From Candidatus Hydrogenedentota bacterium (GTDB lineage: Bacteria > Hydrogenedentota > Hydrogenedentia > Hydrogenedentales > JAGMZX01), in the NCBI GenBank assembly GCA_029556545.1, contig JAKQEQ010000042.1, forward strand, positions 18,729-82,728: a stretch of DNA of 64,000 nt, read 5' to 3'. How positions within the stretch are numbered: position 1 is the stretch's first letter; each line of letters starts with the position of its first letter. A model generated the notes under the pieces. The model searched no databases, was not told the DNA's origin, and was given only the letters and a program-made list of their open reading frames with translations. Below are positions 11,469 through 21,428 of the stretch, in pieces. The position numbers and the translations under genes were made by a program.

Positions 11469-11513
11469 TCCATTTTCGTCCTCTCCGGGAGAAACCACTC
11501 GTTTCATGACAAC

Positions 11514-11543
11514 TCGTGATCGTAATCGTAATCGTAATCGTAT
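11514..11543. repeat. Hexamer microsatellite (TCGTAA)n
   Basis: tcgtga tcgtaa tcgtaa tcgtaa tcgtat. Confidence 0.7.
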
Positions 11544-11737
11544 TCCCACTCGCCCTCGTGCTACCCCGAGAATCGACCCGAACGCGTTAGGAGCGCGCCG
11601 CTCCGACCACCGCAAACGTTTGATAGCGCTCTCACCGCCATATATGATATGCGGGCTTGCCGGACACGCGCGAGGCGCGCGTCCTGATTCTTCGGCAATG
11701 CGGGGAGACGCCTGTGCATCACGGTCGAGACGCGGAC

Positions 11738-13579
11738 ATGCCCGGACAGAACGGTCGTCATGGACCCTATGGACGTGCTCGCCTCGCGTTGTTTGCATGT
11801 TGCCTCGCCGCCCTGGCCATTTTCTGCGGCGTGCCCGTGGCCGCGCAACCACCCGACGACACGGCAACGTCCGAGACAAGCGCGGCTGTTCCACAGGCCC
11901 CTGTTCCGCCACTGCCGCGACCGCCGGCCCCGCCCGCGCAGGCGCGTCCCCAGACGCCTCCGCAAACCCGCGGAGTAATCGTCCCGCCCATGAAGGATCG
12001 CGCGCAACTCGTCACGACGGACCCGGCCACGCCCGCGGACCGCTTGCGCACCGCCGTGACGCGGCTGCGGCCCCAACTCTTTTTGCTGATCTCGGTGGGC
12101 ACGGTCCTCATGGCCTTGGTCTATGTGGCGATTGCGCGTTGGCGCGTGCCGTTTCTTCGCGGCCTGCTGGCCGTGCCATTGCTCGGCATCGCGATCCTCT
12201 CTCTCGGCCACTACACCAGCTTCTATCCCTGGATCAGCAAGCACTATTTCAACGAATACGAGTTCTATCACTACTACATCGGCGCGAAATACGCGCCCGA
12301 GATCGGCTATACCAAGCTGTACGAAGCCACAATCATCGCCGATGAGGAGACGAAGCGCCTCTATTCCGCCAACTCCATCCGCGACCTCGCCACGGGCCGT
12401 TACCTGGGCGTTCCCAACGTCCTCGCCCGCAAGGACGAGATCAAAGCGCGCTTCTCGGAGGAACGCTGGGCCGAATTCGTCAAAGATATCGAGTTCTTCA
12501 AGCGGAACCTCGGCGGCGGACGCTGGTCGCGCATCCTCCGCGACAAAGGATACAACGCCACGCCCATCTGGGGCCTCACCGGCGGTCTCATCAGCAACGC
12601 CGTCAGCACGGACAACGTCAAGGCCCTGCGCGCCGTCGCGCTGCTCGATCCCGCGCTTATCCTCCTCGCGCTCCTGGCCGCGTTCTGGGCGTTCGGCCAC
12701 CGCGCGGCCTTCTTCGCGGCGGCCTTCTTCGGGATCAACTTCCTTACGATGCAGTCGCCCACCATGAAGGCCGCGTTCCTGCGGACCGACTGGATTATGC
12801 TGACGATCGTCGGCGCGGCGCTCATCAAAAAGGGCTGGTACAAGACCGCCGGCGGCGTCATGGCCTACGCGGGACTCGCCCGCATCTTCCCCGTCATTTT
12901 CGCCTTCGGCATCGGCGCGCGCGCCCTCGTCGAACTCGCGCGCACCCGGCGCATCCCCTGGAAGCACTTCCAGTTCTTCGCTGCCTACGCCATTGTCGGC
13001 GGCCTGCTCGTCGGCGCATCGGTGCTCTACGCGGGCGGCCTCCACCAGTGGCGCGAGTTTTTCGACAAGATCAGCTACCACAACAACGACATCTCGACGT
13101 GGCGCGTCGGCTTCCGATACGTCTTCCTCGGCACCTTCGACCTCGTGCCGCGCGGCGTCGATTGGTGGGCGTACAAAGCGCAGCTCCAGGAATTCCACGC
13201 TCAATGGGCGCACGTCTGGTGGGGCATCCAGGCGATCGTACTGCTCGCATCCGTCTATCTCGCCCGGTATCTCGACGACGGCGAAGCCGTCCTCTTCAGC
13301 TTCGTGCCCGTCTTCTTCCTCGTCGCGCCCACGCACTATTACTACATGATGCTCGTTATCCCCGCGTTGTTTTTCGCGGTGCGCATCGATTCGCCTTACC
13401 GCGCGGCGGGCCTCATCTACCTCATCCTCGCCGGCAACGTAGGCCAGAGCTACAACTACGTCGGCTGGCGCTTCCCCCTGGCCTTCGACATGTCGTGCGC
13501 CCTCCTCGGCATGGTCCTCTACATGATGTTAATCACCTGGATCGAGGGCCGCCTGCGCCGCCCGGCGCCGGATCAGTAA
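11738..13579 (+). CDS. Polytopic membrane GT-C-like glycosyltransferase (GT87/DUF2029-like)
   Basis: Signal-like N-terminus, Pro-rich linker, EFYHYYIGAKY, DKGYNATP, AFLRTDW, RIFP and many TM helices; start uncertain. Confidence 0.6.
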   Translation: MPGQNGRHGPYGRARLALFACCLAALAIFCGVPVAAQPPDDTATSETSAAVPQAPVPPLPRPPAPPAQARPQTPPQTRGVIVPPMKDRAQLVTTDPATPADRLRTAVTRLRPQLFLLISVGTVLMALVYVAIARWRVPFLRGLLAVPLLGIAILSLGHYTSFYPWISKHYFNEYEFYHYYIGAKYAPEIGYTKLYEATIIADEETKRLYSANSIRDLATGRYLGVPNVLARKDEIKARFSEERWAEFVKDIEFFKRNLGGGRWSRILRDKGYNATPIWGLTGGLISNAVSTDNVKALRAVALLDPALILLALLAAFWAFGHRAAFFAAAFFGINFLTMQSPTMKAAFLRTDWIMLTIVGAALIKKGWYKTAGGVMAYAGLARIFPVIFAFGIGARALVELARTRRIPWKHFQFFAAYAIVGGLLVGASVLYAGGLHQWREFFDKISYHNNDISTWRVGFRYVFLGTFDLVPRGVDWWAYKAQLQEFHAQWAHVWWGIQAIVLLASVYLARYLDDGEAVLFSFVPVFFLVAPTHYYYMMLVIPALFFAVRIDSPYRAAGLIYLILAGNVGQSYNYVGWRFPLAFDMSCALLGMVLYMMLITWIEGRLRRPAPDQ

Positions 13580-13639
13580 TTTCATCCCATCCCGCGCCAA
13601 CGCGTATACTACCTCCGCCGCGTGGGGCGGCGACGGGGA

Positions 13640-14251
13640 ATGCCTCAAGCGAACATGGACGAACCGTTCGAGGACGAAAAACGCCTGCTGGCCGCCGCGC
13701 GAAAAGGCAATCGCGACGCCTTTGGGCATCTCGTGCGCGCATATCAACGGCGCGCCTACGCCGCGGCCTACGGCTTCGTCGGCAATCGCGACGACGCCCT
13801 CGAACTGGCGCAGGAGTCCTTCGCCCGCGCGTTCCGGGCCATGCGGCGCTTCAAGCCCGATATGCCCTTCTATCCCTGGTTGCACCGCATCATCCGCAAC
13901 ACCTGTCTGAACCACCTCAAGCGTAAGCGCCGCCACGGCGAGCAATCCCTCGAGGCATTGGTCGCCAACGGCTTCGACGCGCGCGACACCCGGCCCGACC
14001 CCGAGGCCGTCGCCGAGCGGAACGACCTGAAAGCCTCCATCGCGGCGGCCATGCGCCGGCTCAGCCCGGAACACCGCGAAATCCTGCGGTTGCGCCACTT
14101 CATGGAAATGTCCTATGCGGAAATCGCGGTTTGCCTCGCCGTTCCCGAGGGAACGGTCATGTCGCGGCTCCACGGCGCCCGCAAGAGCCTGCGGCGCGTC
14201 CTCGAACAGCAGACCCGGGACACGGCGAATGTTTTGCCCAATTCGGTGTAA
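13640..14251 (+). CDS. ECF-family RNA polymerase sigma-70 factor
   Basis: DALELAQESFARAF, FYPWLHRIIRNTCLN, MSYAEIA...PEGTVMSRLHGAR. Confidence 0.92.
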   Translation: MPQANMDEPFEDEKRLLAAARKGNRDAFGHLVRAYQRRAYAAAYGFVGNRDDALELAQESFARAFRAMRRFKPDMPFYPWLHRIIRNTCLNHLKRKRRHGEQSLEALVANGFDARDTRPDPEAVAERNDLKASIAAAMRRLSPEHREILRLRHFMEMSYAEIAVCLAVPEGTVMSRLHGARKSLRRVLEQQTRDTANVLPNSV

Positions 14252-14286
14252 TTACTCTATGTGGACGCTCATTGCCGGACCAACTT

Positions 14287-14733
14287 ATGACAACACCTTG
14301 TGAACGCTACCAGATGCTGATCTCCGGACACCTCGACGGCGAATTGCGCCCCGAAGACCGCCGCGATCTCGATCAGCATCTTGCCGCCTGCGAGGCGTGC
14401 CGCCGCGAATTCGACGAAATGCAACGCCTCGCCGCCGGCACGGCCGCCGCGTTGATCGGCGACAGCCCCCCCGACGACGTCTGGGACGGCTTCGTGGACG
14501 GCGTGTACAACCGCATCGAGCGGCGGACCGGCTGGCTCGTCCTCATCGTCGGCGCGGCGCTGCTCCTCGCGTACGGGATCTATCAGTTCGTCACCGACGA
14601 CTGGGCCGGCGCGCTCGTCAAGGCCCTGATCGCCGCCCCCGTCATCGGCCTCGCCGTCTTGTTCGTATCCGTCTTGCGACAGCGGCTGCGCGCGGCGCGC
14701 ACGGACCGCTACAGCCGGGAGGTCCGTCATTGA
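14287..14733 (+). CDS. Zn-binding (zf-HC2/ZAS) anti-sigma factor with two TM helices
   Basis: C...LISGHLDGEL...HLAACEAC; directly follows the sigma gene. Confidence 0.88.
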   Translation: MTTPCERYQMLISGHLDGELRPEDRRDLDQHLAACEACRREFDEMQRLAAGTAAALIGDSPPDDVWDGFVDGVYNRIERRTGWLVLIVGAALLLAYGIYQFVTDDWAGALVKALIAAPVIGLAVLFVSVLRQRLRAARTDRYSREVRH

Positions 14734-15065
14734 TAGTCGTCACCACGTCGTCCATCGCGGGCAAGCGCATCGTCGAAACCATCGGCCTCGTCCGCGGCAG
14801 TACCGTGCGCTGCCGCCACCTCGGCAAGGATATCCTCGCCGTCTTGCGCAACATGGTCGGCGGCGAAATCCCCGAATACACGAAGATGCTCGCCGAGGCG
14901 CGCGAGCAGGCACTTGATCGCATGATCGAGGACGCCGCGAAGCTCGGCGCGAACGCCGTGCTCGATATGCGATTCGGAACGGCGGCCATCTCCGGCGGCA
15001 TGGCCGAAATCGTGGCCTACGGCACAGCCGCCTTCGTCGAAGACGCGCCGCAGCCCCCCGCGTGA
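14730..15065 (+). CDS. YbjQ/UPF0145 family protein
   Basis: TTG start overlapping the upstream stop, GGAGG SD; GLVRGSTVR...GGEIPEYTKMLAEAREQA...AYGTA. Confidence 0.88.
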   Translation: MIVVTTSSIAGKRIVETIGLVRGSTVRCRHLGKDILAVLRNMVGGEIPEYTKMLAEAREQALDRMIEDAAKLGANAVLDMRFGTAAISGGMAEIVAYGTAAFVEDAPQPPA

Positions 15066-15081
15066 AGCGCGTTGCCCCCTC

Positions 15082-16053
15082 TCACTCCGCCGCGTCAGCC
15101 CGTGAAAAGAACGCCGTCAGCATCGCGTGGACGGCCTCGGGGTTGTCCTGCTGCGCCGTGTGATCCGCCCCCTCGATCGCGTGAAACTCGATGTTCGGGA
15201 TCGCGGCCCGCACACGTTCCTGGTGAGCAAACGGCACGACGTGGTCCGCCGTCCCCCAGATAAGCAGCGACGGCTTGCCGAGCCTCCCTACGCGCCGATA
15301 CACCGGTTCGAGCGTCAGCAGCGGCGTGTGCCGCAGCGTCGAGAGCAATGCCCGCTTATACCCCCGATAGCGCATCTGCTCGAGGTAATCCCGGCGATAC
15401 GGCGCGTCCTCCGGCACGCCCATGCGGTCCAGCGCGCGAGTCAACGTCGCGTCGCCGAACATCCCCATCGACCACTCCCCAACGCCCGGCCAGTGCAGCA
15501 TGCGATAACGGATCGGCTCGTGCAACGAGAACCCGGCGGGCGCCATCAGCGCAAAACGCCGCACCCGCTCCGGGTGGCGGTCCACAAAATGTACGACAAT
15601 CGCGCCGCCCATCGACTGCCCCACCAGGTCTATCGGCCCGGCTACGCCCTCCGCATCGAGCAATTCAAGAAGTTGCCGGTCGAACAGGTCGGTCGTATAC
15701 CGGACCTCGGGCCGGTCCGAGTAGCCGCGCCCGAAAAGGTCGTAACACAGCACCCGGAAGCCCGCCGCGCTCAGTGCCCGCGCCGTCCCCGCCCACAGCG
15801 TCATCGGGCCGGTGTAGCCGTGCACCAACGCCACGACCGCCCCGTCCTCGGGACCGGTCCACGCAAAATGCGTGTATCCGTCCGAGAGACGCGCAAAAGT
15901 CAGCCCGCGAGACCCCGCAAGCGACGCCCGCGCCGCGTCGTCGAGCGCGATCGTCTCCGTCCCGCCGACAAGGAACGGATACGCCGCGACAGCGGCGAAA
16001 ACGACCGCCAGCATGGCAAGAACCGCACAACCGTACCGATACGCGCGACGCAT
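15082..16053 (-). CDS. Alpha/beta hydrolase with N-terminal membrane anchor
   Basis: LVHG, YDLFGRGYSD, GQSMGG nucleophile elbow, WGTADHVVP, ADH. Confidence 0.9.
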   Translation of the reverse strand: MRRAYRYGCAVLAMLAVVFAAVAAYPFLVGGTETIALDDAARASLAGSRGLTFARLSDGYTHFAWTGPEDGAVVALVHGYTGPMTLWAGTARALSAAGFRVLCYDLFGRGYSDRPEVRYTTDLFDRQLLELLDAEGVAGPIDLVGQSMGGAIVVHFVDRHPERVRRFALMAPAGFSLHEPIRYRMLHWPGVGEWSMGMFGDATLTRALDRMGVPEDAPYRRDYLEQMRYRGYKRALLSTLRHTPLLTLEPVYRRVGRLGKPSLLIWGTADHVVPFAHQERVRAAIPNIEFHAIEGADHTAQQDNPEAVHAMLTAFFSRADAAE

Positions 16054-16154
16054 GACCGCCCCTCCTTGACGCGATCCGTACTATAAGGGACCCAGCCCCC
16101 GAACCGCCACTAGCAACCGAGTCTCGCACGCGGCAACACCCATCGTGTCGCGCA

Positions 16155-16240
16155 TCTTGGCGTCTCCTCGCCCTCTTGGTTCTCCTGCTTCTCTTGGTCC
16201 ACTTGGCCCTTTCGGTCCTTTTTGTCCATTTGGTCCCTTT
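16155..16240. repeat. Degenerate period-9 intergenic tandem repeat
   Basis: cttggtcca cttggccct ttcggtcct ttttgtcca tttggtccc. Confidence 0.6.
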
Positions 16241-16357
16241 CCCCCCACCGTGCGGCGATCCCGCGTCGCGCCTACCCGTAACGAATATCCATTTCGTCGG
16301 TATTGTGCACACTGTGGTGAATCCGCGTCTTTGACGCACTATCCGAGGGAGACCGTC

Positions 16358-16966
16358 TTGCCATACCGAATATTCGCTCCGCGCGCATTGCCGCGGACCG
16401 CGCCGCTCTGCTTCGTAATCGCCGTCTTGGCGAACGGCTGCATCGGCTGGATCGAGTTGCCGCCGGTGACGGCCCGCGCAACCGTTGTTTCGGGCGCTGC
16501 CTTCGGCCCGACCGAGAACCGGCCCGCGGGCGAGACGCTCAGCAAAGCCGTCATGATCGAGGGCCTTACCTGCAATTTGCCTGACCGCAACGCCCTCGAA
16601 AGCATGGTGCGCGACTACGCGCCGGACTACGTCGGCGGCCTCATCCAGTTGCGTCACGTCTATCTCGACGAGGTGATCGTCTCCGCCACACAAGGCAATT
16701 TCAGCGCCCTGACTTCGCTCAGTCTCTTTTACGTAACCGTGGGCGGCAAAGGCGTGAAGCTCGCCTACCTCGGCGGCGCCGTCGCAATCGAGGGATTCGG
16801 CCAGACCATCAGCCTCGTCCCGGCGGACACAGTGGACCTGCTCAAGCTGATGGAGGGACAACTGTGCGGGGCCGTGATTGTGGCCGCGGACGGCGTGACC
16901 CCCGACGAAACGATAGTATTCGACGCTGAGGCGGTGCTGACCGTGCGCGCCGCAGTCGGCCTTTGA
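16358..16966 (+). CDS. Hypothetical lipoprotein
   Basis: TTG after GAGGGA; hydrophobic stretch ending LANGC; coding-like codon use. Confidence 0.55.
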   Translation: MPYRIFAPRALPRTAPLCFVIAVLANGCIGWIELPPVTARATVVSGAAFGPTENRPAGETLSKAVMIEGLTCNLPDRNALESMVRDYAPDYVGGLIQLRHVYLDEVIVSATQGNFSALTSLSLFYVTVGGKGVKLAYLGGAVAIEGFGQTISLVPADTVDLLKLMEGQLCGAVIVAADGVTPDETIVFDAEAVLTVRAAVGL

Positions 16967-17020
16967 CCACGACGCACCTCGGGCCCCGACTCGAGGTTGC
17001 GTCTACCTACAGCCGCGCTT

Positions 17021-17050
17021 GGGGCGTCCGGACGCCTGTCCGGACGCCTC
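17021..17050. terminator. Hairpin between convergent genes (a second hairpin lies at 16971-17003)
   Basis: ggggcgtccggac-gcct-gtccggacgcctc, 13-bp stem. Confidence 0.5.
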
Positions 17051-17057
17051 GGTGCTG

Positions 17058-17786
17058 TCACCACGGCTCGAACGCGCGCGGCGGGCCGAGAACTTCACGC
17101 AGGACAATGGCGCGGCGCACATCCTCGAGGCCGCTAAAGAGCAGCGCGGCCTTGGGACGCGGCGGCGGCGCGGCGCGGCGCGGCGGCGCGACCTGTGCGG
17201 CGCGCGCACGGGCCATTGCGGCGGGTGACTGGGCTACTTGCTGCCGCTGCGGGCGTTGGTATTGTTGCCGCTGCGGGCGCTGCTGATGCCGCTGCGCCAC
17301 GGGCCGCGGCGCGACGGGCGCGGGCTGGGGACGCGGCGCGGGCGACGTCTCCGGCTGCAGGCGTCGCTGCACCTCGCGCTGCATCTCGTGCCAGAGTTCC
17401 TCGAGCGTCTTCGGGCGCTGGGCGGGCGCCTGCTCGGGCGGCGCTTCCTGGCTCGCGGGCCGCCCCGGTGCCTCGCGCACTTCCTCGCGCGCCACGTGGC
17501 GATCCTCGGGAGATTCCCGTCGCTCGAGCGGTGAATGATACGGCTGCGGCTCTTGCGGCGCGGGTGCGCCGGGGCGCGGCGCGCTCTCACGGCGCTTGGC
17601 CACGGGCGGTCCGACCTCGCCGTAGAGTGTCCGGCGCGTGGCCTCCGGCAGTTCGGTTTGTTGCCGCGCCTGTTCGCGCGCCTTTTCCGCCCGCCGCTGT
17701 TCCTCGGCGCGTTGCTCGCGCACCTTGCTCAACACGCTGAACCCGGCCAGCGCGAGAAAGATCAGAAAACCGATGAGTTGCTCCAT
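17058..17786 (-). CDS. Membrane-anchored Pro/Gln/Arg-rich protein (YqfB-like position downstream of floA)
   Basis: MEQLIGFLIFLALAGF anchor; C-terminal VRRAIVLREVLGPPRA motif. Confidence 0.7.
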   Translation of the reverse strand: MEQLIGFLIFLALAGFSVLSKVREQRAEEQRRAEKAREQARQQTELPEATRRTLYGEVGPPVAKRRESAPRPGAPAPQEPQPYHSPLERRESPEDRHVAREEVREAPGRPASQEAPPEQAPAQRPKTLEELWHEMQREVQRRLQPETSPAPRPQPAPVAPRPVAQRHQQRPQRQQYQRPQRQQVAQSPAAMARARAAQVAPPRRAAPPPRPKAALLFSGLEDVRRAIVLREVLGPPRAFEPW

Positions 17787-17796
17787 GCCTTCACCT

Positions 17797-18816
17797 TCAG
17801 TCTTGACGGCCCTCGTCCTGCTGCGTCGGCGGACCCATCTTCGCAATCGAGTCGCGCATGTCCGTATCCGCCATCACATTCTTCAGCCGATAGTAATCCA
17901 TGATCCCCAGGTTGCCGCTGCGAAACGCCTCCGCGATGGCGCGCGGGATTTGCGCTTCGGCCTCGACGACCCGGGCGCGCATCTCGATGACCTGCGCCTT
18001 CATCTCCGCCTCGCGAGCGAGCGCCATGGCGCGGCGCTCCTCGGCCCGGGCCTGGGCGATCTGCTTGTCCGCCTCGGCCTGCTTGATCTGCAACTGCGCG
18101 CCGATGTTCTCGCCCACGTCCACGTCCGCGATATCGATCGACAGAATCTCGAAGGCCGTGCCGGCGTCCAGGCCGCGATCGAGGACCACGCGCGAAATCG
18201 AGTCGGGGTTCTCCAGCACCTTCTTGTGCGACTCCGCGGAGCCGATGGTCGTAACGATCCCCTCGCCCACCCGCGCGATGATCGTCTCTTCCGTCGCGCC
18301 GCCGACGAGCCGGTGGATGTTCGTGCGCACGGTAACGCGCGCCTTGGCGTGCAATTGGATGCCGTCCATCGCCACGGCGGACACGGTTTGCGGTCCCTTG
18401 TTCGGGTCGGGGCAGTCAATGACCTTCGGGCGCACCGACGTCTGGACCGCATCGAGCACGTCGCGTCCGGCGAGGTCGATGGCCGTCGCGCGCTGGAAAT
18501 TCAGCTCGATGTTCGCCTTGCTCGCCGCGATCAACGCCTGAACGACGCGGACCACGTTGCCGCCCGCCAGGTAGTGCGCCTCGAGTTCGTCCGTCTTCAG
18601 GTCTACGCCCGCCTTCACGGCCATGATCCGGCTGTCGACAATCACGGCGCTATTCACGCGCCGCAACGACATGCCGACGAGGCTCCATAGGCCCACGTGC
18701 GCGCCGGACAGCCACGCCCGCAGCCACAAGCGGAAGAAACTGAGCAGCACCACGACGAACATGAGGCCGAAGACCCCCAACACGACAAGCAAGATGAGCA
18801 GAATTGAGTTTTCCAT
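17797..18816 (-). CDS. floA: Flotillin-like protein FloA (YqfA/UPF0365)
   Basis: [47 protein letters not shown]. Confidence 0.93.
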   Translation of the reverse strand: MENSILLILLVVLGVFGLMFVVVLLSFFRLWLRAWLSGAHVGLWSLVGMSLRRVNSAVIVDSRIMAVKAGVDLKTDELEAHYLAGGNVVRVVQALIAASKANIELNFQRATAIDLAGRDVLDAVQTSVRPKVIDCPDPNKGPQTVSAVAMDGIQLHAKARVTVRTNIHRLVGGATEETIIARVGEGIVTTIGSAESHKKVLENPDSISRVVLDRGLDAGTAFEILSIDIADVDVGENIGAQLQIKQAEADKQIAQARAEERRAMALAREAEMKAQVIEMRARVVEAEAQIPRAIAEAFRSGNLGIMDYYRLKNVMADTDMRDSIAKMGPPTQQDEGRQD

Positions 18817-18907
18817 GGGATTCCCCTTTCTCCAAAGGTTTCCTTGCAATTTATGTTACTGCTCCGGCATCCTCCGCGGGAAATCCGCGGAACGCCGACG
18901 CAGATTC

Positions 18908-19390
18908 TCATGAATCGGCGCGCTCGACTACAATCCGGTTCCCATGCACCGCGACGACGCGGACGGGAGCGTATTTCTCGATAAACGTCCCTTGCGCCAC
19001 CGCGTCGAGGCGGCGTCCGTCCAGGACGATGGTGCCCGCCGGCCGCAGCGCCGTGAGCACGGTCCCCGCCTGGCCAACCAGTGCGTCTTCATTCGGCGTG
19101 TTCGTGTAGCCGTCCTCGGGCCGCTGCCGCGTTTCGAGCGTCAGGAAGCGCGCGGCGCGCGTGCGCGTAAGCAACAGCATGGACACCGCCACGGTCGCGA
19201 AGGCGCCCAGCGCCTCGAACAGCACGATGAAGAAGACGTACTGGCCCTCGAAGCTGTAGATGCCGATGCCCGCGCTTACGCAAACGAGCACGAAGCCCGC
19301 CAAGCCGCAGATGCCGCCCGGCAACACCGCCTCGGCGAGGATCAGCACCAATCCCGCGAAATACAGGAGCGCCATCCAGAAAATGATCAT
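18908..19390 (-). CDS. Short NfeD family protein
   Basis: TM N-terminus; LVGQAGTVLTALRPAG...LDAVAQG OB-fold. Confidence 0.85.
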   Translation of the reverse strand: MIIFWMALLYFAGLVLILAEAVLPGGICGLAGFVLVCVSAGIGIYSFEGQYVFFIVLFEALGAFATVAVSMLLLTRTRAARFLTLETRQRPEDGYTNTPNEDALVGQAGTVLTALRPAGTIVLDGRRLDAVAQGTFIEKYAPVRVVAVHGNRIVVERADS

Positions 19391-19689
19391 GACACCGCGT
19401 CTCCCCGGGTCGACTCGAGCAGCGAGATCAATTGGCTGATCTCGACCCGCAGCCCCATGAGATACTTGCTCTTGACGCTCGGGTCCTTCGGGTCGTTCTC
19501 GTCCTGCGCCTCAAAGGTGCCGATGATGCCGTCGCCCTCGGGAAACAGGGTGCGCGCCTGCCCGAGCAGCTTATTGTACCGCTTTGCGAAGGGCGCGCAC
19601 GTGTAGTAGCCCGCGCCCTGCGAACTGACGATCTCCATCTCCTTGAGGAGTTGTCGCAGCATGTTCACCAGCGTGTGTCGCGTGTCCAT
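19387..19689 (-). CDS. Hypothetical 100-aa protein within the nfeD operon
   Basis: MDTRHTLVNMLRQLLKE...; overlaps both neighbours (TGATG and ATGA coupling). Confidence 0.7.
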   Translation of the reverse strand: MDTRHTLVNMLRQLLKEMEIVSSQGAGYYTCAPFAKRYNKLLGQARTLFPEGDGIIGTFEAQDENDPKDPSVKSKYLMGLRVEISQLISLLESTRGDAVS

Positions 19690-21188
19690 CAACTCTTGTC
19701 CTCCCGCGCCTCCGTGACCACGAGACGGTTGCCCTCCGCTTGGATGATCACTACGGGCCGGCCCTTTTCTATGAACTCGCCGCGGGTCATGACGTCCAGC
19801 GTCCGGTCGCCGAACCGCGCGCGGCCCGCCGGACGCAACATCGACGTCGCGACGCCGTACATACCCACGTACATACCCGCCTCCTGCGGCGCCTGCACGA
19901 TGTAGCCCGAATGCGTGGCCTCGGCCTGCGCCAGCACAAGCCAGTTGAGCAGGCGCGTCCGCGGCAGGTAAAACCACGAAATCAGCATGATCGCGGTAAG
20001 CGCGATGGCCGCGATGGCCAGCGTCTGGACCGCCTCGCTCAGCCGAACGAAATCCCAAGTGTACTGCGGCACCGGCACCCGCGTCAGCGACAAATACAGG
20101 CCCGCGAACAGGCAGCCGATACCGGCCATGCCCGCGATCCCGAACCCCGGCAAGACAAATATTTCCACGCCCAATAAGACCACGCCCGCAAGCACCAGCA
20201 GCACGTCCATCCAATCGGCCAGCCCGATAATGAACTGCGCGCCGAAAAACAGCGCCAGACACGTCAGCCCGATGATCCCCGGCAGGCCGAAGCCCGGCGT
20301 GCGCACCTCGAAGTACAGGCCGCCCAGCCCGCACATCAACAAAAGACTCGATATCAGCGGGCTGGTCAGAAACCCGAACAGCGCCTCGGCCCACGTCGGC
20401 GTGATGACCACCCGCCGCAGTTCCGCCCATCCGAAATGCCCGAGCACTTCTTCCTCGTCTTTCGCCTTGACTTCGATGAGCCCGAACTCGATGGCCTCTT
20501 CCGCCGTCAGCGTCAGCAGATTCCCCCGCGGCGAGATCAACCGCGCCTCCGCTGGCAGCCCCGGCGGCGGACCCTCCTCCCCGCCTTCCTCCTGACTTCC
20601 CGCCCGCAAGTCTTTCTCGATGACAAAACGCCCGTCAGCGTCCCGGTAGCCGTACAGCGCCACGTCCGGATCCACCATGGCCTCGCCGAGCAGCGGATCA
20701 TGGCCTTTCGCCTCGCCCAACGCCCGGAATTTCGCACGAACGAAGGACCGCGATTTCTCGTCCAGGCTCACGTTCGGCTCCATGCCAGGAACAAACGGCA
20801 GAGCCGCCCCGATGTTCGATGCGGGCGACATGACAATATCGTCGCACGCGAAACTGATCAGCGCGCCCGCGGATATGGCCCCCATTTTGTGAATAAACGC
20901 CACGCTTCGGCAGCGCGCGCCCATGATGTGCTCGGTGATGTCGATCGCCGAATCCACCCGCCCGCCCGGCGTGTCGATCAGGAACACGATCGCCCGCGCG
21001 CCCGCAGCCTCGCGCACCGCACGCTCCACCACCACCGCCACGCCGTCGTCGATCTCATCGTTGATAGGACAGAGAACGATGAATTCGTCCGGCAGCGGCG
21101 GCGACTCCGGCGGGATCGGCGCCGTATTCTCCACCGCGCCGCCCGCGGCCAGGGAAACAACGCCCGCTATCAATAAAGCACGCCACAT
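19689..21188 (-). CDS. Long NfeD (ClpP-class protease + TM + OB-fold; YqeZ-like)
   Basis: IDTPGGRVDSA, AISAGALI, EAMVD, LLTLTAEEA, EVRTPGFG, LRPAGRA. Confidence 0.9.
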   Translation of the reverse strand: MWRALLIAGVVSLAAGGAVENTAPIPPESPPLPDEFIVLCPINDEIDDGVAVVVERAVREAAGARAIVFLIDTPGGRVDSAIDITEHIMGARCRSVAFIHKMGAISAGALISFACDDIVMSPASNIGAALPFVPGMEPNVSLDEKSRSFVRAKFRALGEAKGHDPLLGEAMVDPDVALYGYRDADGRFVIEKDLRAGSQEEGGEEGPPPGLPAEARLISPRGNLLTLTAEEAIEFGLIEVKAKDEEEVLGHFGWAELRRVVITPTWAEALFGFLTSPLISSLLLMCGLGGLYFEVRTPGFGLPGIIGLTCLALFFGAQFIIGLADWMDVLLVLAGVVLLGVEIFVLPGFGIAGMAGIGCLFAGLYLSLTRVPVPQYTWDFVRLSEAVQTLAIAAIALTAIMLISWFYLPRTRLLNWLVLAQAEATHSGYIVQAPQEAGMYVGMYGVATSMLRPAGRARFGDRTLDVMTRGEFIEKGRPVVIIQAEGNRLVVTEAREDKS

Positions 21189-21305
21189 AGACCTACCACA
21201 GGGTTATGATTGAGCCTTCTCGCACAACCACCGCCAGAAATACAACCAACGTCGTCGGTGTATTCTACGCCCGCCGTCGAAGGTGGTCAATGCGCGGCGC
21301 GCTCC

Positions 21306-21359
21306 GTCCATCCCATCCGTCTTGTCCACCCCGTCCACCTCGTCCACCCCGTCCACCCC
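21306..21359. repeat. Period-9 tandem repeat (GTCCACCCC)n
   Basis: Six units at 21306, 21315, 21324, 21333, 21342 and 21351. Confidence 0.7.
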
Positions 21360-21428
21360 TCCCCCCGCGCCGCCGCCTACATGCCAGGCGGCCCATGCCT
21401 CTATAATGGGCGCGGAGACCTCTGCTTC

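Noticed and set aside
19690-20430. Long N-terminal part of ORF 19387..20430
   Set aside because: Out-of-frame overlap with nfeD; only the last 100 codons from ATG 19689 look coding.
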